This document shows, piece after piece, positions 50,040 through 64,000 of a stretch of 64,000 bases of DNA. The position numbers and the translations under genes are program-made. Below the pieces are notes generated by a model, which was not told where the DNA came from, made no database searches, and saw only the letters and a program-made list of their open reading frames with translations. The stretch is from Ophelia neglecta (Eukaryota), in contig OZ260667.1 in assembly GCA_965285935.1 (NCBI GenBank), positions 25,234,001-25,298,000 on the forward strand, written 5' to 3'. Within the stretch, counting starts at the first letter, position 1; each line of letters opens with the position of its first letter.

Positions 50040-50230
50040 TTCCCCGAGCCAGTGTGCTTGCCATTTGCGAGCCTGCCGATTTGCGATGGAAGTTCTCTCG
50101 CGAGCAGACGGCAGTGGCGATAGAAGAGCGCGCCTTGCCGAGGAATCGCCCGCCATTGGCCTATCAATTATGTAATGGCGGACCATTGGAGAGATTGGCG
50201 CGGCTCTCTGTTAATAGCGTCATGGACGTG
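50040..50230 (-). promoter_or_regulatory. Candidate CpG-rich promoter (possibly the LRRN transcription start region)
   Basis: Local GC/CpG enrichment, three ATTGG (CCAAT on minus) within ~50 bp, and TCTCGCGAG at ~50096. Minus-strand donor-like sites downstream at ~49882 and ~49659. Confidence 0.3.
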
Positions 50231-50577
50231 CCTGAGACTCTTGTCGACAGCAAGAGGAGGTCCCGGTACAAGACACGAGAGATAGGAAACAAAGACAACA
50301 AATGGGCAAATGAGAAATGGGCAAATAATCCGTCCTAAACTCTGAGGACGCAGAGTCGAATGTCAAGGCCGAATAATTTTATTTATTCATGTTATCGTTC
50401 AGTAATCACTCCAGTGTAGGAACTTGGCAGCAAATCTGCAGAAGAATAAATTAATGAAACACAAAAAAGTGGTCAAAGGTCAACTCAGAGACGCGTCTTG
50501 GTCTGCTGTTGTCCCTTCAGCTGTGTTCAAATAAAGAGGAACTCAATACAAGGCCCTGACGAATCTGCATTACAATC

Positions 50578-50758
50578 TACAGTGAAACCTGACAATTAGG
50601 GACAGCCAAGGGACTGGGAAATCTGTCCTTTTTTCTCAGTTGTCCTTATTTCACAGGTTACTTTACATGTAAAGTATTACAACTGAACAAAAAACAATGT
50701 CCTTAATAGTCAGTGTGTCCCTAATTGTGAGGTGTCCTTTAGGCCAGGTTTTACTGTA
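50578..50758. mobile_element. Tc1/mariner(pogo)-type MITE with TA target-site duplication
   Basis: TA-CAGTGAAACCTG...CAGGTTTTACTG-TA: 11/12 matching terminal inverted repeats extending imperfectly to ~25 bp, flanked by TA. 181 bp, non-coding, with internal tgtcc(t/c) subrepeats. Confidence 0.85.
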
Positions 50759-53700
50759 TTTGGACTTTATCATTTTTGATTTCAGATGCAATTCTGATGC
50801 ATACATTTCATCTAACTGATCAAAACACGGAACTGTCACCTTTCACGTCCACGTTTGTTTCTTCTGGTCCATACGTGTGTTCTCTTATTTGCCAGTACGT
50901 TATGATTACCCAAAAAGGAAACGAGTACTACTGGTTTACTCTCCAGATGCAGGCATATTTCTCTCTTATAAAAGCAACTTTTCGCTTATTTCCAGACTTG
51001 ATCGATAAAATCATGCTAATTTGTGAATAAGGAGACCAATTATTGAAGCGTATCCTCAATAAATGGAAAACAGTTTTGCATGAATGGGTCTTCCAGGTAA
51101 CTGCCAGTATAACTTGTTTTTTGGGGGATTTCGGGAAATGAAGCAGAAGAATGTCCTTCATTTAACTCAATATCATTTCTTATTTATTGAGTCTAATACC
51201 GTTTTCAAAGTGGCATGGCTTCATTTGACGACAAAGCCACTAAGGGCGTTATGAATGTCCCGGTGTCAAAGGCTGTACGGGTTGTGGAGAGCGGGGCGGA
51301 GGCCTTGCCATCATATCGCAAGAGACCACCAAACTGAGGGCCGTTTAATCCTCACTTGATCTCACTCGCCCGTTTATCAGCCCACGGCACGTCTCATTCG
51401 CTGAGTCTAACGTGCTCAACTCCCTCCTTTATTTGCCCTTGTGGTTATTGAAATATACGACTCATTAGGTTGACGGCTTTGCCATTAGCATAACTGTTAA
51501 CTACATTTAAGGCTTATTTAGCTCGGTTTCAGTGGCGATTCGGGACACCTGCTGGATACAAAGTGCCCCCAATTACCTTGTTTACCTCTTCAATAGGACA
51601 TAAACAAGATTATGTCATGCACCTTTTGGCCTGGCCAAACCACTGCCATTTTCGGAGATGATTAGGGTCATGTGTTATTCTTTTCCACATTCAGTCATTG
51701 TTCCCTGCAGTGTATATGCTTCCTTCAGTAATGGCATAGTCATAAATATTCCTTCGCCGTGTACACTGATAAAAACATCGATCACAGATGAATGACGGTT
51801 ACTCAATAATTCCAATTAAAGTGGTAGCCATTTTCATCTTGGCTATTAGCTTATTTAGAGATATGCCGAACAGTTAGGCTCACGTCGTGTTGTTAAGAGT
51901 TTCATCTTCTGTTGGATGCATCCCCCATGGTCGTGTCCAATGACAAAGCATTGAAATATGATCGTTTATCAATCCAACTTCTTTAATTACATTACTTCAT
52001 TAAATTACTCTTAGACTTCTAGGGAGTCGTGCAATTTTCTACTTCCTTTCGCTTTACCTTATTATTAAACATAGTGGGGGATTTTCTCGTTATACATTGC
52101 AAATATTTGGGGTGTTTTGCCAGATGGGGATATCGAGCCAATCAACGTATCCGATTTAACTGGCGCCATTTGCTGCCTGCAGGAGGGTAATAATATTCGA
52201 TGCCCAGTAATACAACTTGGCATTTCTCGACTAAGCGATGACAAATGTTTGATTTTTCAGCCGCTATTCGTCGGTGGTAACCTAGTCGGACGAAAACGTG
52301 TTGTGTTTAAGTAGCAACGGCCGGCGGGTAATTTTCAGTTCTGATTCGAGCAAGGTGGAGCAATTGTCAGATGGCTTTGAGAATCTGTAAACAGGATCAG
52401 CTATCAAGGTACTGCATCAAAAACAGATTACCTGGTAACCGTGTGCAACAACCGGTAAAAGAGTTACCAAACGGAATCAGAAACTGCGGTTCATTAAAGA
52501 CTACTTCCGCTAGGGAGATTTTATACATAGACAAGCCAGCTGATAAAGACAAGGCTTGCCTATCTTGGATATTCACTGCTTAATCTGACTCGCGCCAGTT
52601 ATTCTGTCTGTGAAACATGACCAGCTACAATTATAAATCAACAAATGTAACATTTAAAAGCAACATATCCATTTTTAGATACAAAATTTGTAGCCACATG
52701 ATACCAATCAGAGGCCCCTGTTGCCATAGCAATGAGGCTGGGCGGTTAAGGTCAATCCCCTTTTCCCGAGGTTTGATCACCCCCCACGTGGCTCTGTTAT
52801 TCTGCCCATCACTGGCCGGCCGCCCTGATTCTCCAGTTACTCGACTCCCCTCATCTATCATGTTTTCTGTCAGATAAGGACCACATCAGAACACCTTTGG
52901 CTCTGGTCTGTGTCTTCACAGTTCCGTTTGGGGAGGTTTTCTTCTTCATGTAGCAAGTCAAGCAGAAACTGGATTGTTTTAACACCTGAAGTGCAAACCC
53001 ATCTCTTCTCGAACGAGAGAGTTTCAAAGAAATCTAAAAGGTTTTAGGACCCTGTACATAGATTTAATGTCCGCTTTGCCTCGTTTGATCAAACAATGAT
53101 AGCTAAATTCTCTCTGCCTTCAAGACATGGTCACTAATTAAAAGGTGGGGGCCAAATCTGTTGCAAATATTAGATCAGCTTGCCATTGCTTCCTTTGACT
53201 TTTTCTCAAATCTGCCAGCCTTACCACTTTATCCTTATGTATGCTTGTAATATTTCATCTCATAGATATTTTCAAAATAGGCCACTGTCAAAAAACGACA
53301 ACTGATAAACGAGATGCCGGTGAACAGATAAATATGCTCTGAAGTCATCACATCATTGATTAAGAGATCCGGAATCCGAGTGGGACGTTTTAAATGTGAA
53401 CTGCGGAACTGCAGGTGAAGTTATGCTTGGGCAGGATGCTTTCCGATCATGATAGATAAAGTCCCCTGACTTGACTTTTGCATTTGTCCCCATTGGCCAG
53501 TTATTTGTGCATATGTACATGCTCATACTTTCATTGTGTCCCAGGCCTTTGTAATTCTTTATATATTTGTTCTTTAAGTCCTAAGTTTAGAGGTGTTACC
53601 CCTGAAACACTCCGTTTTCTCGGTAAAAGTGTCATGAATGATGCTATTTCTTGAGTGGAGATGGGGGACTATAAAATTACTTACATGAGTATTCGTTGCA

Positions 53701-56700
53701 TAACAGATTTTTGTGGTCCCTAAAAACAAATACCTTCACAAATTTAGCCTATTGGGGAAATGTTTTCTTCGTGATCTTTTCTGCAGCTAATAACCTTGAC
53801 CTTGAATCATCCGAATTATTTCCCCATTGGAAAACTAGCGTTAAAATACATATGCTCATTTTTTCGTTCAGTATGTGACCTTTATTCTTCCTAAAACTTT
53901 GACTAAAGTTATTTATTATTCCTACTTTTAAGGAAGTATCATGGTATCATGGAAAGAATAAATGTCATTTTTCTCAGAAAAAAAAGGGGAAGAAAGATGT
54001 CTCAGTTTTTTTTTTATTTGAGCAGAGATGAAAGGCTACACAGCCACGTTTAAATCATTAGTGTGGCATATTTGTAGTAAATGTTTCTTCTAAGATTTAG
54101 GAGGTGTTCCATGGTCACGGCTCGGTTGTTTGCGGATAAACTGTAAACCTGAGCTAATCTAGAAATAAAATGGTTCAAGAAAATCTTTGATAGTACTTGC
54201 CCTGTAGGCGGTGATGTCCACCCCCACCACCCACACACTATTGCAGCCGTTTGATCTAAATACAACGTATTGGGTGGCTAAGATATCAAGCCATGTTATA
54301 TTGCCTATATATCGACTTACTAAGACAATCTTAAACCAAGATAAAGAATTTTCAACAAGGAACTCAGGGTTATTATGGTTCAAGTGAAATCAAATGCTCA
54401 TCGCATTTTCAGCGTTCATCTTTAGTAATTTATAGCGCCTACCAATTTGCTATACAACTCATACGAGAGCTTGTTTTATTGTTTGGTAGTTTGATTACCT
54501 CGGTGGAAAGAGAGGTTTACGGCCACGCTATCTGGTTTCCTCTGCCTCGGCGACGTTTGAGGGCACGATTTCAGAGATGGAGAGAAGATTGGAGGCAAAT
54601 AGGAACAGTATATCTAAATGGATCTTGATTGTGTGTCCTTACGGCCAATTCCGGCGGAGGCAGGAAACTCTTATATACACCGAGCACGCGGCGTAATACT
54701 AACCAGAAATTTAAACAGATAGAACGTTCTGATAAATGCTCCTTCTTTCCTGTTATATAGATTCCCGGAGTAGCCTAATCTATCAACTGCCACGTCGAAT
54801 GCTTAATTAGTTGTTTACCTCGTGAGCTGGACGTTAAACAATCTCATTTGTTTGCACTTTGGAGCACAATAAGAAACAAATTTACTGGTAAACTGGCGCC
54901 ACCTGCGTCACCGAAATGGTTTCATTATCCTAAACCGAGAACGACACAACAAATTAAGTTCTGGCTTAACTAATGCGAAGAATTGGTAACACAGAGCACC
55001 CATTTTCGAATCCACATAATCTTAGGTCATAACTGCCATTCTTGAGAATCATTACTTCACAATTTTTTAGTATTTGAACCGGCTTGTGTCAACTTTGTGA
55101 ATCCTAATTGGACATTTTCCCTTTTAATCAATGGCTTTGAACAATTAAGGCTTAGCACATTATGACGCACTAATGTGCCCATGGGCTGCAAGGCATTGAC
55201 TGTCCACGGTTGATTGCATAACGTATCGTATGATTAAACCATATCCAGTAAATGCATTGGAGGAAATTACGCTCCGACTAACCCATCTCGTCAGCTCTCC
55301 ATAACTTCGTCTCTTCGTTCAACGTTTTGTATTCTTCCACCAATCGCTTCCGGCTAACCACTTCTCAAGAGAATATAGAGTTGTCTTTCTCTTCAAAGCC
55401 CTCTGGAATAACTGTTAATTTCGCCTTCCATTATGTGGGATGCCAGGATCCACTGGCAGACGTACAATAGAACACAGCAGTTTAGTATTGATCAGATAAT
55501 GCTGAATGGAGTGGCTTATTTTTTTCTAATTAGGTCACGTCTTAAATAGTAGAGTGCTCTGTGCTTTGCTCAAGGAAATTATGTTCAATGCATCATTGGA
55601 CAATCATTTTCTGTTTCGATACATCAGGATTTCGGGTCATGAAGTGAATGGAAAAACAGTTGATGAACGTGCGGCTTTTGACTAATTAATCTAATTAATC
55701 CAGTGAGAGCCGTGGAAAGTTGATTAAAACAATTAATTGTTGTTTTTTCAAGCGGCATCTGGCGGTTTGATTCGTATCAAATTCATTTTATTGATGAGCG
55801 TGGTAAGCTGAACGGAAAATTATCTGGGAATGAGTGGCGGTAAACAGTGGAACAAAAAATCTCTTTAAAAGGCTTCAAGCTCACAGGAGATAATCTACTT
55901 TGTTCACTTTAAAGCCTAGCTTTAGCCAAACTCGATACGTTTGACAATCAAGCTACTTTGCCAAATCCTCACACAGTATAATCATCACCGGGCTAATTCT
56001 CCCCTTGTGAAGGGCTAGTACCGCTGTGTCTGTATAGATCGGGTCTTCAAGGGTATTTCTGATTTAGTGGCGCCAATTAATAGCATTGTACTTGACAGTG
56101 GTGGTTCTTGTCGTTCAAATGGAATATTGATCTGGCCTTTGCTGAATCGACCTCCCATTTAATAGAAGTGCCATACAGCCATTGATGCGACCGGGACAAG
56201 TGTCTTTGACACCGAGGAGTCCGGCAGGTTAGTACGGACAGCTATCGACCAAACAAGACGGATTTCTCTTGCCTTACACAAGCAAATTTAGCCTGACTTT
56301 ATTTTACAACAAGCAGTGTTACACTGTTTTTTCTTGTCCTCGCTACGACATTCGGTTCTTAAATCACCACGTTGTGGTCGATACACCGTTGGTCTGCGTG
56401 CGTTGCTAAATCCCCTTGATTCGGGCATTATCATCGCTTGGTCGGCCATGGGCAGCCAACAGAAACATTTGTTGTCGACAGGGAGGGAGTGTTTGAGCAA
56501 TGAACATCAAGGAGGAATCAGGACTGAGTGCTTTCGGCTGCGCAAGATACTCTGTGGGGCACTATGGCTAATCAACTGAACATTCGAAATATATTTTCTC
56601 ACGATACGTAATTGCAACTGTTAAGTATTAATGTTGACGACCCCCCCCCCCTTCCCTCCCCCACTCACTGACTTATATTAGGCCTATATAGTTATGATAG

Positions 56701-59700
56701 TATACATTCTAAATAAAAATGAACAGGAACAGTGATAGTTACTTAGAGGCAGGAGAACTTATATGTCACTTATAGGCCGTTTGATGTATGGTTCTAAGAA
56801 TATTTCTCATATTCCCCAGATCGTCGACAGAAATGACCCATTAATATCGCCGAAGGATCCATTTGGTGGGTGATTACTCTCTTAACTCCGATGTGCGACG
56901 AGAGATTGGCGAGTTACTCAGATTAAGAAGAACCAACTGCAGACGACCTCGCTCTAAAATGTCCGTCTGAGAGGGCGTGAAGAATTCCCCTCAATCTGCC
57001 AGTATTCGCTCAATCAGAAAGTCGATTGCAGGCTAGATGAATACACCAGGTCACAACTGGGAGGAATTTTAAAAAGAATTGTTCCCATTATTGTATGAAC
57101 TTTCCATTCCCTAGCCTCTTTTTAACATTGGATTCTTTTAAATGGTATCAGATTTACCTCGTTTCTCAGATTGTATGGTCTGCAAAATAATGGCGTCGTG
57201 CGACTTTTTGAGGCCCGCTCGGCACCAACAGGTTGTAAGGAGACACACAAATATGACAAAAAGAAGCACCCGTTGTCGATTGGAAGACCCCAGCCACTAG
57301 ATTTCATTGCACAGACAGGACTTGTCAATATGAGCTGAAGGCTGTTCGTTAGACAATATAGAAACAACTCCAAAGGTTTTATGTTTGACAAAAATAACGG
57401 TATTATAATAAACGGGTGATTTTTGTCGGGAAGTGAATTAGCACGGCGACATGACAGTTTCAGTGATATGGCTCTCTTCCCTCGCCAAATATCTCATAAA
57501 AATAAAAAAATAGATAACAACGTTCTCCATGGAGGCGATCCTATTAGCGTTTCGTGTCTTGATAGAACGTGACAGCTTTTTGTACCAGACTGGTTTTTGA
57601 CTAAATATACATATCACCGTTATGCCGTGGAGCACGCATTTACTTAAACAAATGTCGGAATTATGTCACGCCAACATCCGGTTTTATGACTTGAAATGAA
57701 ACCAAGCTGAAACTGTGTAAAAAAACGCATAAATCCTCAATGTATTGTTTGATTCCTTTCAATGGGACTTAGTACTTAGTCAAACTTAATGTTTAGTCAT
57801 TTTCCACTCGGAGTTCTATGAGTGTCGTGCTCGAATCAGCAATAATTCATCATTCACTCTCGCAAGCACTCCCACTAGCAAGGTGAAGTCACAAAGATCG
57901 ATGGAAGAGATGAGAGGAGAATACACCATCGACGAAGGAATGAAAGGCATGTGATGCTAAAAGTAGACGTCTTTAAATACTGGATGAGTACACAATTAAA
58001 ACTTAATTACATTAACCAATAGGGAATAAGTACGGTCTGGAACACCGTCTGTCTGGCGTCTCTGTATTAACCCACCTCCTCTCAATTGTCAGCCCCATAG
58101 GAAGGAAATGATATATGGCTTTTTGTGAAGCTTCACTTAAGTCCCTACCATATCTTTTTTACCATCTTTAAATAAGATTTTATTCCCTGCAGTAGGACTG
58201 TAGAATCGAAAATAGTTTCCTCGCCCTATTTGGGGTGCCCATTATGAGAAGTGTGATTGGGTCCACGGACTACACCGGAAATAGTAACTGGTGCGGGCAG
58301 TAATGCCCAAAGTCGTATTTTCTGTCCCTGCACATTATCTTGGGGCCCCTAATGATGTTTACATATTGCGCGATGGTAATCGATCGGGCCGGGCTAAGAT
58401 AGCACTGGGCCACAAATTTGGGTACAGATACTTCTTAACGTTTCATAGATGTTAGGCCTGTGTACTCCTATTGTTGTTTCCAGGTCTATTATTTATCTTC
58501 TTAGGTATATAGGATTAAATTGGTATATATAGGACTTATTTAGTCTTTCTGTAATAATCAAAATTTATCGAAACCTTTAATATCACCAGATTTTCTTATA
58601 GATTCATTATTAGAGATTTTGGGAGAAAGAAACCGAACTTTGTTACCAATCCCCAATCAAAAGAAGCTGCTATGAATTGTTCAATTTTAGTTATGTCAGT
58701 TATCAAGTCGGTTGTATGTATAATATGATTTGGATTTTCAAAGACTTTTTCCAAAACACCATAAATGTGATTCAAAACTTTGAGTTTTCCAAGTTTTCAC
58801 AATACATAAAGTTAAGAACAAAGTACTGAGAATTTATTTAAAATGAAAAAACCTATGAGTTCCATCAATGACGAGGGTGGGCAGTGTCAATGAGGAGACT
58901 ATCGAATGATAGCTGAGAACATCATCAAATAGAACATGAGAGCTGGGTATGGTTAAAACCATCTCCTTAATCTGGTAGGGTGAGAACAAGCTGCACACTG
59001 TACGTCTAACAGATCTCGATCTTTAAATGTGTGATAAAAAGGCGAAAAAGACTTTCAACAAGCTAGAAAAGTATTCAAGCCCCGCTTTCTCCAAGCTGTG
59101 CGAGGGATAGCCAATGAAATGATTGCTTGAAACAATAGGCATACATAAAGTGAACAATTATTTTTATAGTCAATAGGGAAGGTAAGAAAAGCGATCTGAC
59201 CGCAACACGTACACCTCAACCCTTAAATTTACCAGACACACAATTTACTCGTAGATTAATAGGTTTTGCTCACATACGCTTGTCTCACCTTCCCTTACTT
59301 TACCACTGACATTGAGCTTAAAGCTATACATTGATGCTTTATGATTTAATGTTGTCATTGTTCGGAGCTGATTAGGTCATATATTACTGCAATGAACTCT
59401 ACTGAATCAGCATGAAATTGAACATAGTAGATTGATTAATTATATGGCCACATTGCAGAACTTTTTTAAAAACCTTTTTGAACTTTCTATTTACTTTTAT
59501 TTAATTGGAACCATACATCTTATCTTTGGAACTACAAAGAACATGGAATTTTATGTTGTTTCACAATATTCAGGGCAACTACAAACATTCTCTTCTTCTC
59601 TGCATGCATACATGATACTACAAACATAATATGAAGTCGTCTAGGCTTTCTGCGCTGATGCAATACTCTGCAGGGTAATAAACATCGCTGATATGGCGTT

Positions 59701-62700
59701 AAAAACTATTTAACTTCGTGCTAACCCTATTTCATTCAAACTGAAGACGGTGGTACTTGGAGAGCCACCGATAAGTTATTCGAGGTACTTAACTGGCGAT
59801 TGGGCACGTTTGGCCAACATAAACTTGACGTAATTGTGCCATACCGTCGATGGCAAACAAATGAGAACAATATGACTACGCACACATCTCCTAGTATATA
59901 ACTCTCTTGTGTAAAATAAGACGGCCGACTCGTCAGTGTACGACCTTGATAGAATGCCAATGTAAATAGAGCCAACCTTCGCTACAAACTACCAATCTTC
60001 TCCACAGCAATGACAACGAGCGTTCGTCAGTATTCAACAGACTCTTACACCAATGAAAGGCATTTATACATTGCTAATAGTCCCAAGCCATTTCTAATCA
60101 CCAGCAAGACGAGAGCAATAAACACATATTACTGAATTACTGGCGAGCGGAGAAGACTGCTCGACACCAGAGCGATTCCAATTGATGCCATCCCTCATAC
60201 AGGTCACAGGGCAAAGATCCCCGAGACAAGTGAAGGCCCGGCTGGTCCGTGGCGAGTGAACGCCGCTCTGGGGCTTTGAAAGGAAAACAGCCTGGATTAA
60301 GAAGGTTACTTTGCATGTAAAGCTATCCATCTGGATAGAAAATAGAAAAACAGCAAGCAAACAACATCCGTGGGGGATGAACAGAAATGAAATATGAATA
60401 GGCCTATATTTGACATCAATAAAGAAGAGTTTATAACAAATTGCATTACCATTATGCAGTTGACAGTTTGTTGGAAGTCTATCTATCTCGGGACTTTTCT
60501 ATAGTCACAAGCAATCTAGAAAATCATTCTTATCTGAGTTGCCTTCCGCTGCCAATGTTTTGTCGTATGTCATTTTTTTCCATTTTTCATCCACGTAGAA
60601 TTCAAAATAATATAGGGCTGTATACATGTATCAAGAAGAGGACCACGCCATTTTGAAAGGTTGGATTTTTTATTCATATTGTCAGTGTTGAGAGTGGGTG
60701 ATGCTCAGACACAGTTTAGAGTATCGCCAGTGAAGCGTGGTGTACCATGAGCTCTGGTATCAGCTAACTCCTCGGAGATAAACACTCCTCAGGGTATGTG
60801 GTTCTCGCTGTATTTATCATTGGCCAGGTCCTCTCTTTACAGGATACAAGGCACATCAATATCTCGGATTCCTGTCTAACTAACAGCACGTTTGAGCTCT
60901 CTATGGAGAACGAGCCGGGAGATGGAAATAGATATCGTTGTTACATTATTTAATTGAGTATCAACAGTTGCTTTTGACTTTTGCAGCATATTGCAAGTGT
61001 GCAATACTGATTTTATTTTTCTGAGTTCCTTGTTGTATTTTCTACTGTACTACTTTTAACAGTAAACATATTCAAATAATGGGATGATGTAAAGAAATTA
61101 AAGTTACCATTGCTTTTATCTTCTGTGAATTTTAGGCCCATTTTACACGATGAGAAGGTCATTTGTTTGAAGGAAATACAAAACGAAAGACTAGTTAATA
61201 TAATGTATAAAAGTATGTGTTCATTTTCACCTAAATAAGATAACGCTATTTACAAAACTTGCTGACATGTCTCATTCGGATTTTTTTTTTTTTATAACAA
61301 TACAAACAGTTTTGATTAGTTTTTTCCTTCTAAGATAACTATTATAGGTTCGTTAGGGTCTGGAGATATTTGGTGAAATGACATTACGACTATATAGTAA
61401 GCTGCTGGCAGAGGGTATCTTAGACAGAGGAAATGGGAGACTTCTTTGGTAATTGCTGGCTGTCGGTGAAAGAAAGTTGATCTCCATGCAGCAACTACGA
61501 ATTTGCCAGCAACCGGGATGCTGATGTAGTCTGTTATTTGATCAGCACCGTGTTATTACTGGCTACAATGACATCAGTCGCTAGTTAGCTACCACCAGAA
61601 ATCCCCACAATACAACGCCCTACATGGTTGAAAGGCTTGAGAAGAAAATCGATGATGTATTTGTTGTATTTATCAGTTATTTTGGCTGATAAAGGGGAAT
61701 AGTTTGAACTGGGTGAACACGACTTGCAGACTCCAACCACCAAGGAATGTATTCAAAGTGGCGAATAAAATACTAGGCTTGTATTTTTTACGCTAAATCA
61801 TAGATAAAGAGAATACATTATACACATCTATGGCTAAATGAAAACGAAACAGAACAGATTAGAAGTGACGTGAGCCCAATATCGACGCTCAATATCCTCA
61901 TCTATCTCGCGCTATGTCTCGTAACCAGCGTGTTTTTGCACGATCCAGCGATGGTTGGACCCGATGAGACGAGCGGCCTTGTAAATGTTAATAAGTAACA
62001 CCCCGTGTTAGATTTGGCAATTCCAGCTGCCAAGAACAGTTCAAACCATCAACTCTCAACCTCCAAGTCTGCTCATCGCATGATGAATGTGGTATTTGAT
62101 ATGAGTCAGGTGAAGCAAAATGGTGGTGGTGTCGTTTTCTGGTCCGAGCCGTTATAATGCAGCGACCCGTTGGCAATATACTGATCTATTCGATTTCACT
62201 GGTACAAAGTAGTCTCTATAGACTGGAGGCTAACAAATTAGCAGTGTGTATGTCCAGGGTGACCTTTCGACCTCTCTGATCGGATTCACTCCATCCAATT
62301 TGCGTTCGATAACAGCTTAACGCGCTCCATTTGCTAACTAATGACCAATATAGCACAGCTTGGGACGAATTAGCGGATGATGGCAGATGGGTAGTCACTT
62401 CCGAGGTCGATGACATTTGTGATTTCCAGAGCATAATCCCTAGAAAGCGGAAGTCAATTTGGGGAATCTTTAATTTACAATTTAGACTCTTCAATCTGTG
62501 TTCGTTTAAAGGATTCTGTTGCGAGTAATCATTTGTCTTATATGCGTTGGTCTAAGACGTTTTATCGTTCCGGTTATATCGTCCATTACTTGCATAGTAT
62601 CATAAATTGGAACAATTCGCAGCCGCCGCATATGCGACAAATTGAATCCAGCTTAACAGCTGTTTTCGATGAATTTGTAGTGCTCAATGAGCCAGATAGT

Positions 62701-64000
62701 TGGAATTTGGATTATTGATTTTTTAATCTCATAATAAACTGACAAAAATATCTCTAGAGAAACGTGACTGAGCATACTTTCTTTGATTTAAAATGAGTAG
62801 TGCTGTCGTGACATAAAAAGTGTCAAGCCATACCAGCGATGGATTTGAGAGTTTGACAGATGAAAGTTTGGGCAATGAAAGAAATGTAACCATCAGAAAC
62901 GGTCGATTTTCTGCAGACAGGATATGAACGGTCCGCAGAAAGTCGCATTTACGCCTCATCTTCAATTGACGCATATTTCTCGCGACTGGACCTGTTTTAA
63001 GCACAGGAGAATGGACAAGCTTTAATTTATTTTTGCATTCGCATCTACCGAGGCGAGATAGCGCATGGGAGATACTATAAGCATAAGTCTTTTGAAGCGA
63101 GACCCGGGGCGAGACCATTGTCCAACTTAAAATATTTCTTAAGCGATACATTCATGCGTGCGAATCTACAGCTCGAACAACGGTGTGACGTCACAGAAAT
63201 AAAGGCTTTCATGTGTAGTCTATAAGCATCAGTTTTCTCTCCCTTGTGGTTTGCCGGACAACGGCGGATTGTGACACTGACAATTCAGTTGAATCAGGAC
63301 AGGAAGCAGACGACTGTGGGATCGATGGATTCTTCCGAGGTGTATTACCTGTCACTATAAATTACATGAAAGGAGGGAAGCGTGCCATGCAAAGAACAAT
63401 TCAAGCTTTTACTGGCCACTTTAGGGTCATGTTTTGCTAGCAGGATACATTTTAGGCCAACACAATTGCTTATGGATATGCCTCCCGGAGGCAAAATCCG
63501 ATGGATGGCTGACCTCGGTTAACGTCGCGTCTTGAACGTGTTTAAACATCGTCCTAGGCTCGATTGATAAGATCGCATGGAACAATTTGTTTGATGAGCC
63601 TAAACAAAACGGATGTGCTTTTCCATAAAATGAGCAATTGTCCTATAAACTCTTAATATTATCTCCTCCGGTCTTGAATTATTAGAAGAGTGAGACTGTT
63701 TCAGCGTGCATGCAGCTAGTCTGCATGAGTCCTCGGAGTAAAATATAGTTCGTAGACAATGCTCAAAAGAGCAGATGGTATTTACTAATGAGTTATCACT
63801 AACCTTAGTGCTTGAGACATTCACCGACTCTTCATTCTGACACACGTATAGTACCCCTGCTAGTGCCAGTGTGGTCTCTGTTTGTATCCTGGTACATCGC
63901 TTGGCGGACTACGCACACCGTATTGATATACTTCCGATCTTAACAGAGCAGGGAGAGAAATGCCTCTACGGCGTAGGTTTAGCACGTGACCTTTGACGAG

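Noticed and set aside
53575-53885. Possible non-autonomous DNA transposon (similar-looking stretches at ~2560-3020, ~12870-13110, ~17640-17990)
   Set aside because: I could not identify matching terminal inverted repeats or target-site duplications; a repeat-library search is needed.
46477-63845. Numerous 60-155 aa ORFs in the track
   Set aside because: Many begin at non-ATG codons, show no domains and cannot be spliced into a coherent model; consistent with chance ORFs in non-coding DNA.

Overview
Intron-rich animal (invertebrate, probably lophotrochozoan) genomic DNA, so most ORFs in the track are spurious or exon fragments. By hand-splicing GT-AG introns I reconstruct five protein-coding units. 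(1) The last two exons of an unidentified gene with a low-complexity P/Q/N/S-rich C-terminus (to 1274, +). (2,3) Two tandem paralogous secreted M12B (reprolysin/ADAMTS-type) zinc metalloproteases with MIG-17-like architecture: signal, prodomain, catalytic HExxHxxGxxHD domain, ADAMTS disintegrin-like domain, PLAC-like domain, no TSP1. Each has 16 coding exons (3721-9683, 632 aa; 11928-17277, 625 aa). (4) A 12-coding-exon SLC18B1-like MFS transporter (21421-25547, 590 aa). (5) A single-coding-exon LRR-Ig-FN3-TM receptor of the LRRN/NLRR family (39417-37231, -, 728 aa), set in about 36 kb with no other recognisable coding sequence. Also present: two Tc1/mariner-type MITEs, a decayed Glu-rich ORF relic, a 1.1 kb purine-skewed minisatellite with internal inverted repeats, and microsatellites. 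The most interesting signal is the asymmetry of the protease pair. Neither has a cysteine switch. Copy A has a strongly polycationic prodomain with multiple furin sites and an NLS-like segment, while copy B lacks four of those five sites and has an odd cysteine. All gene models are manual and lack transcript support.
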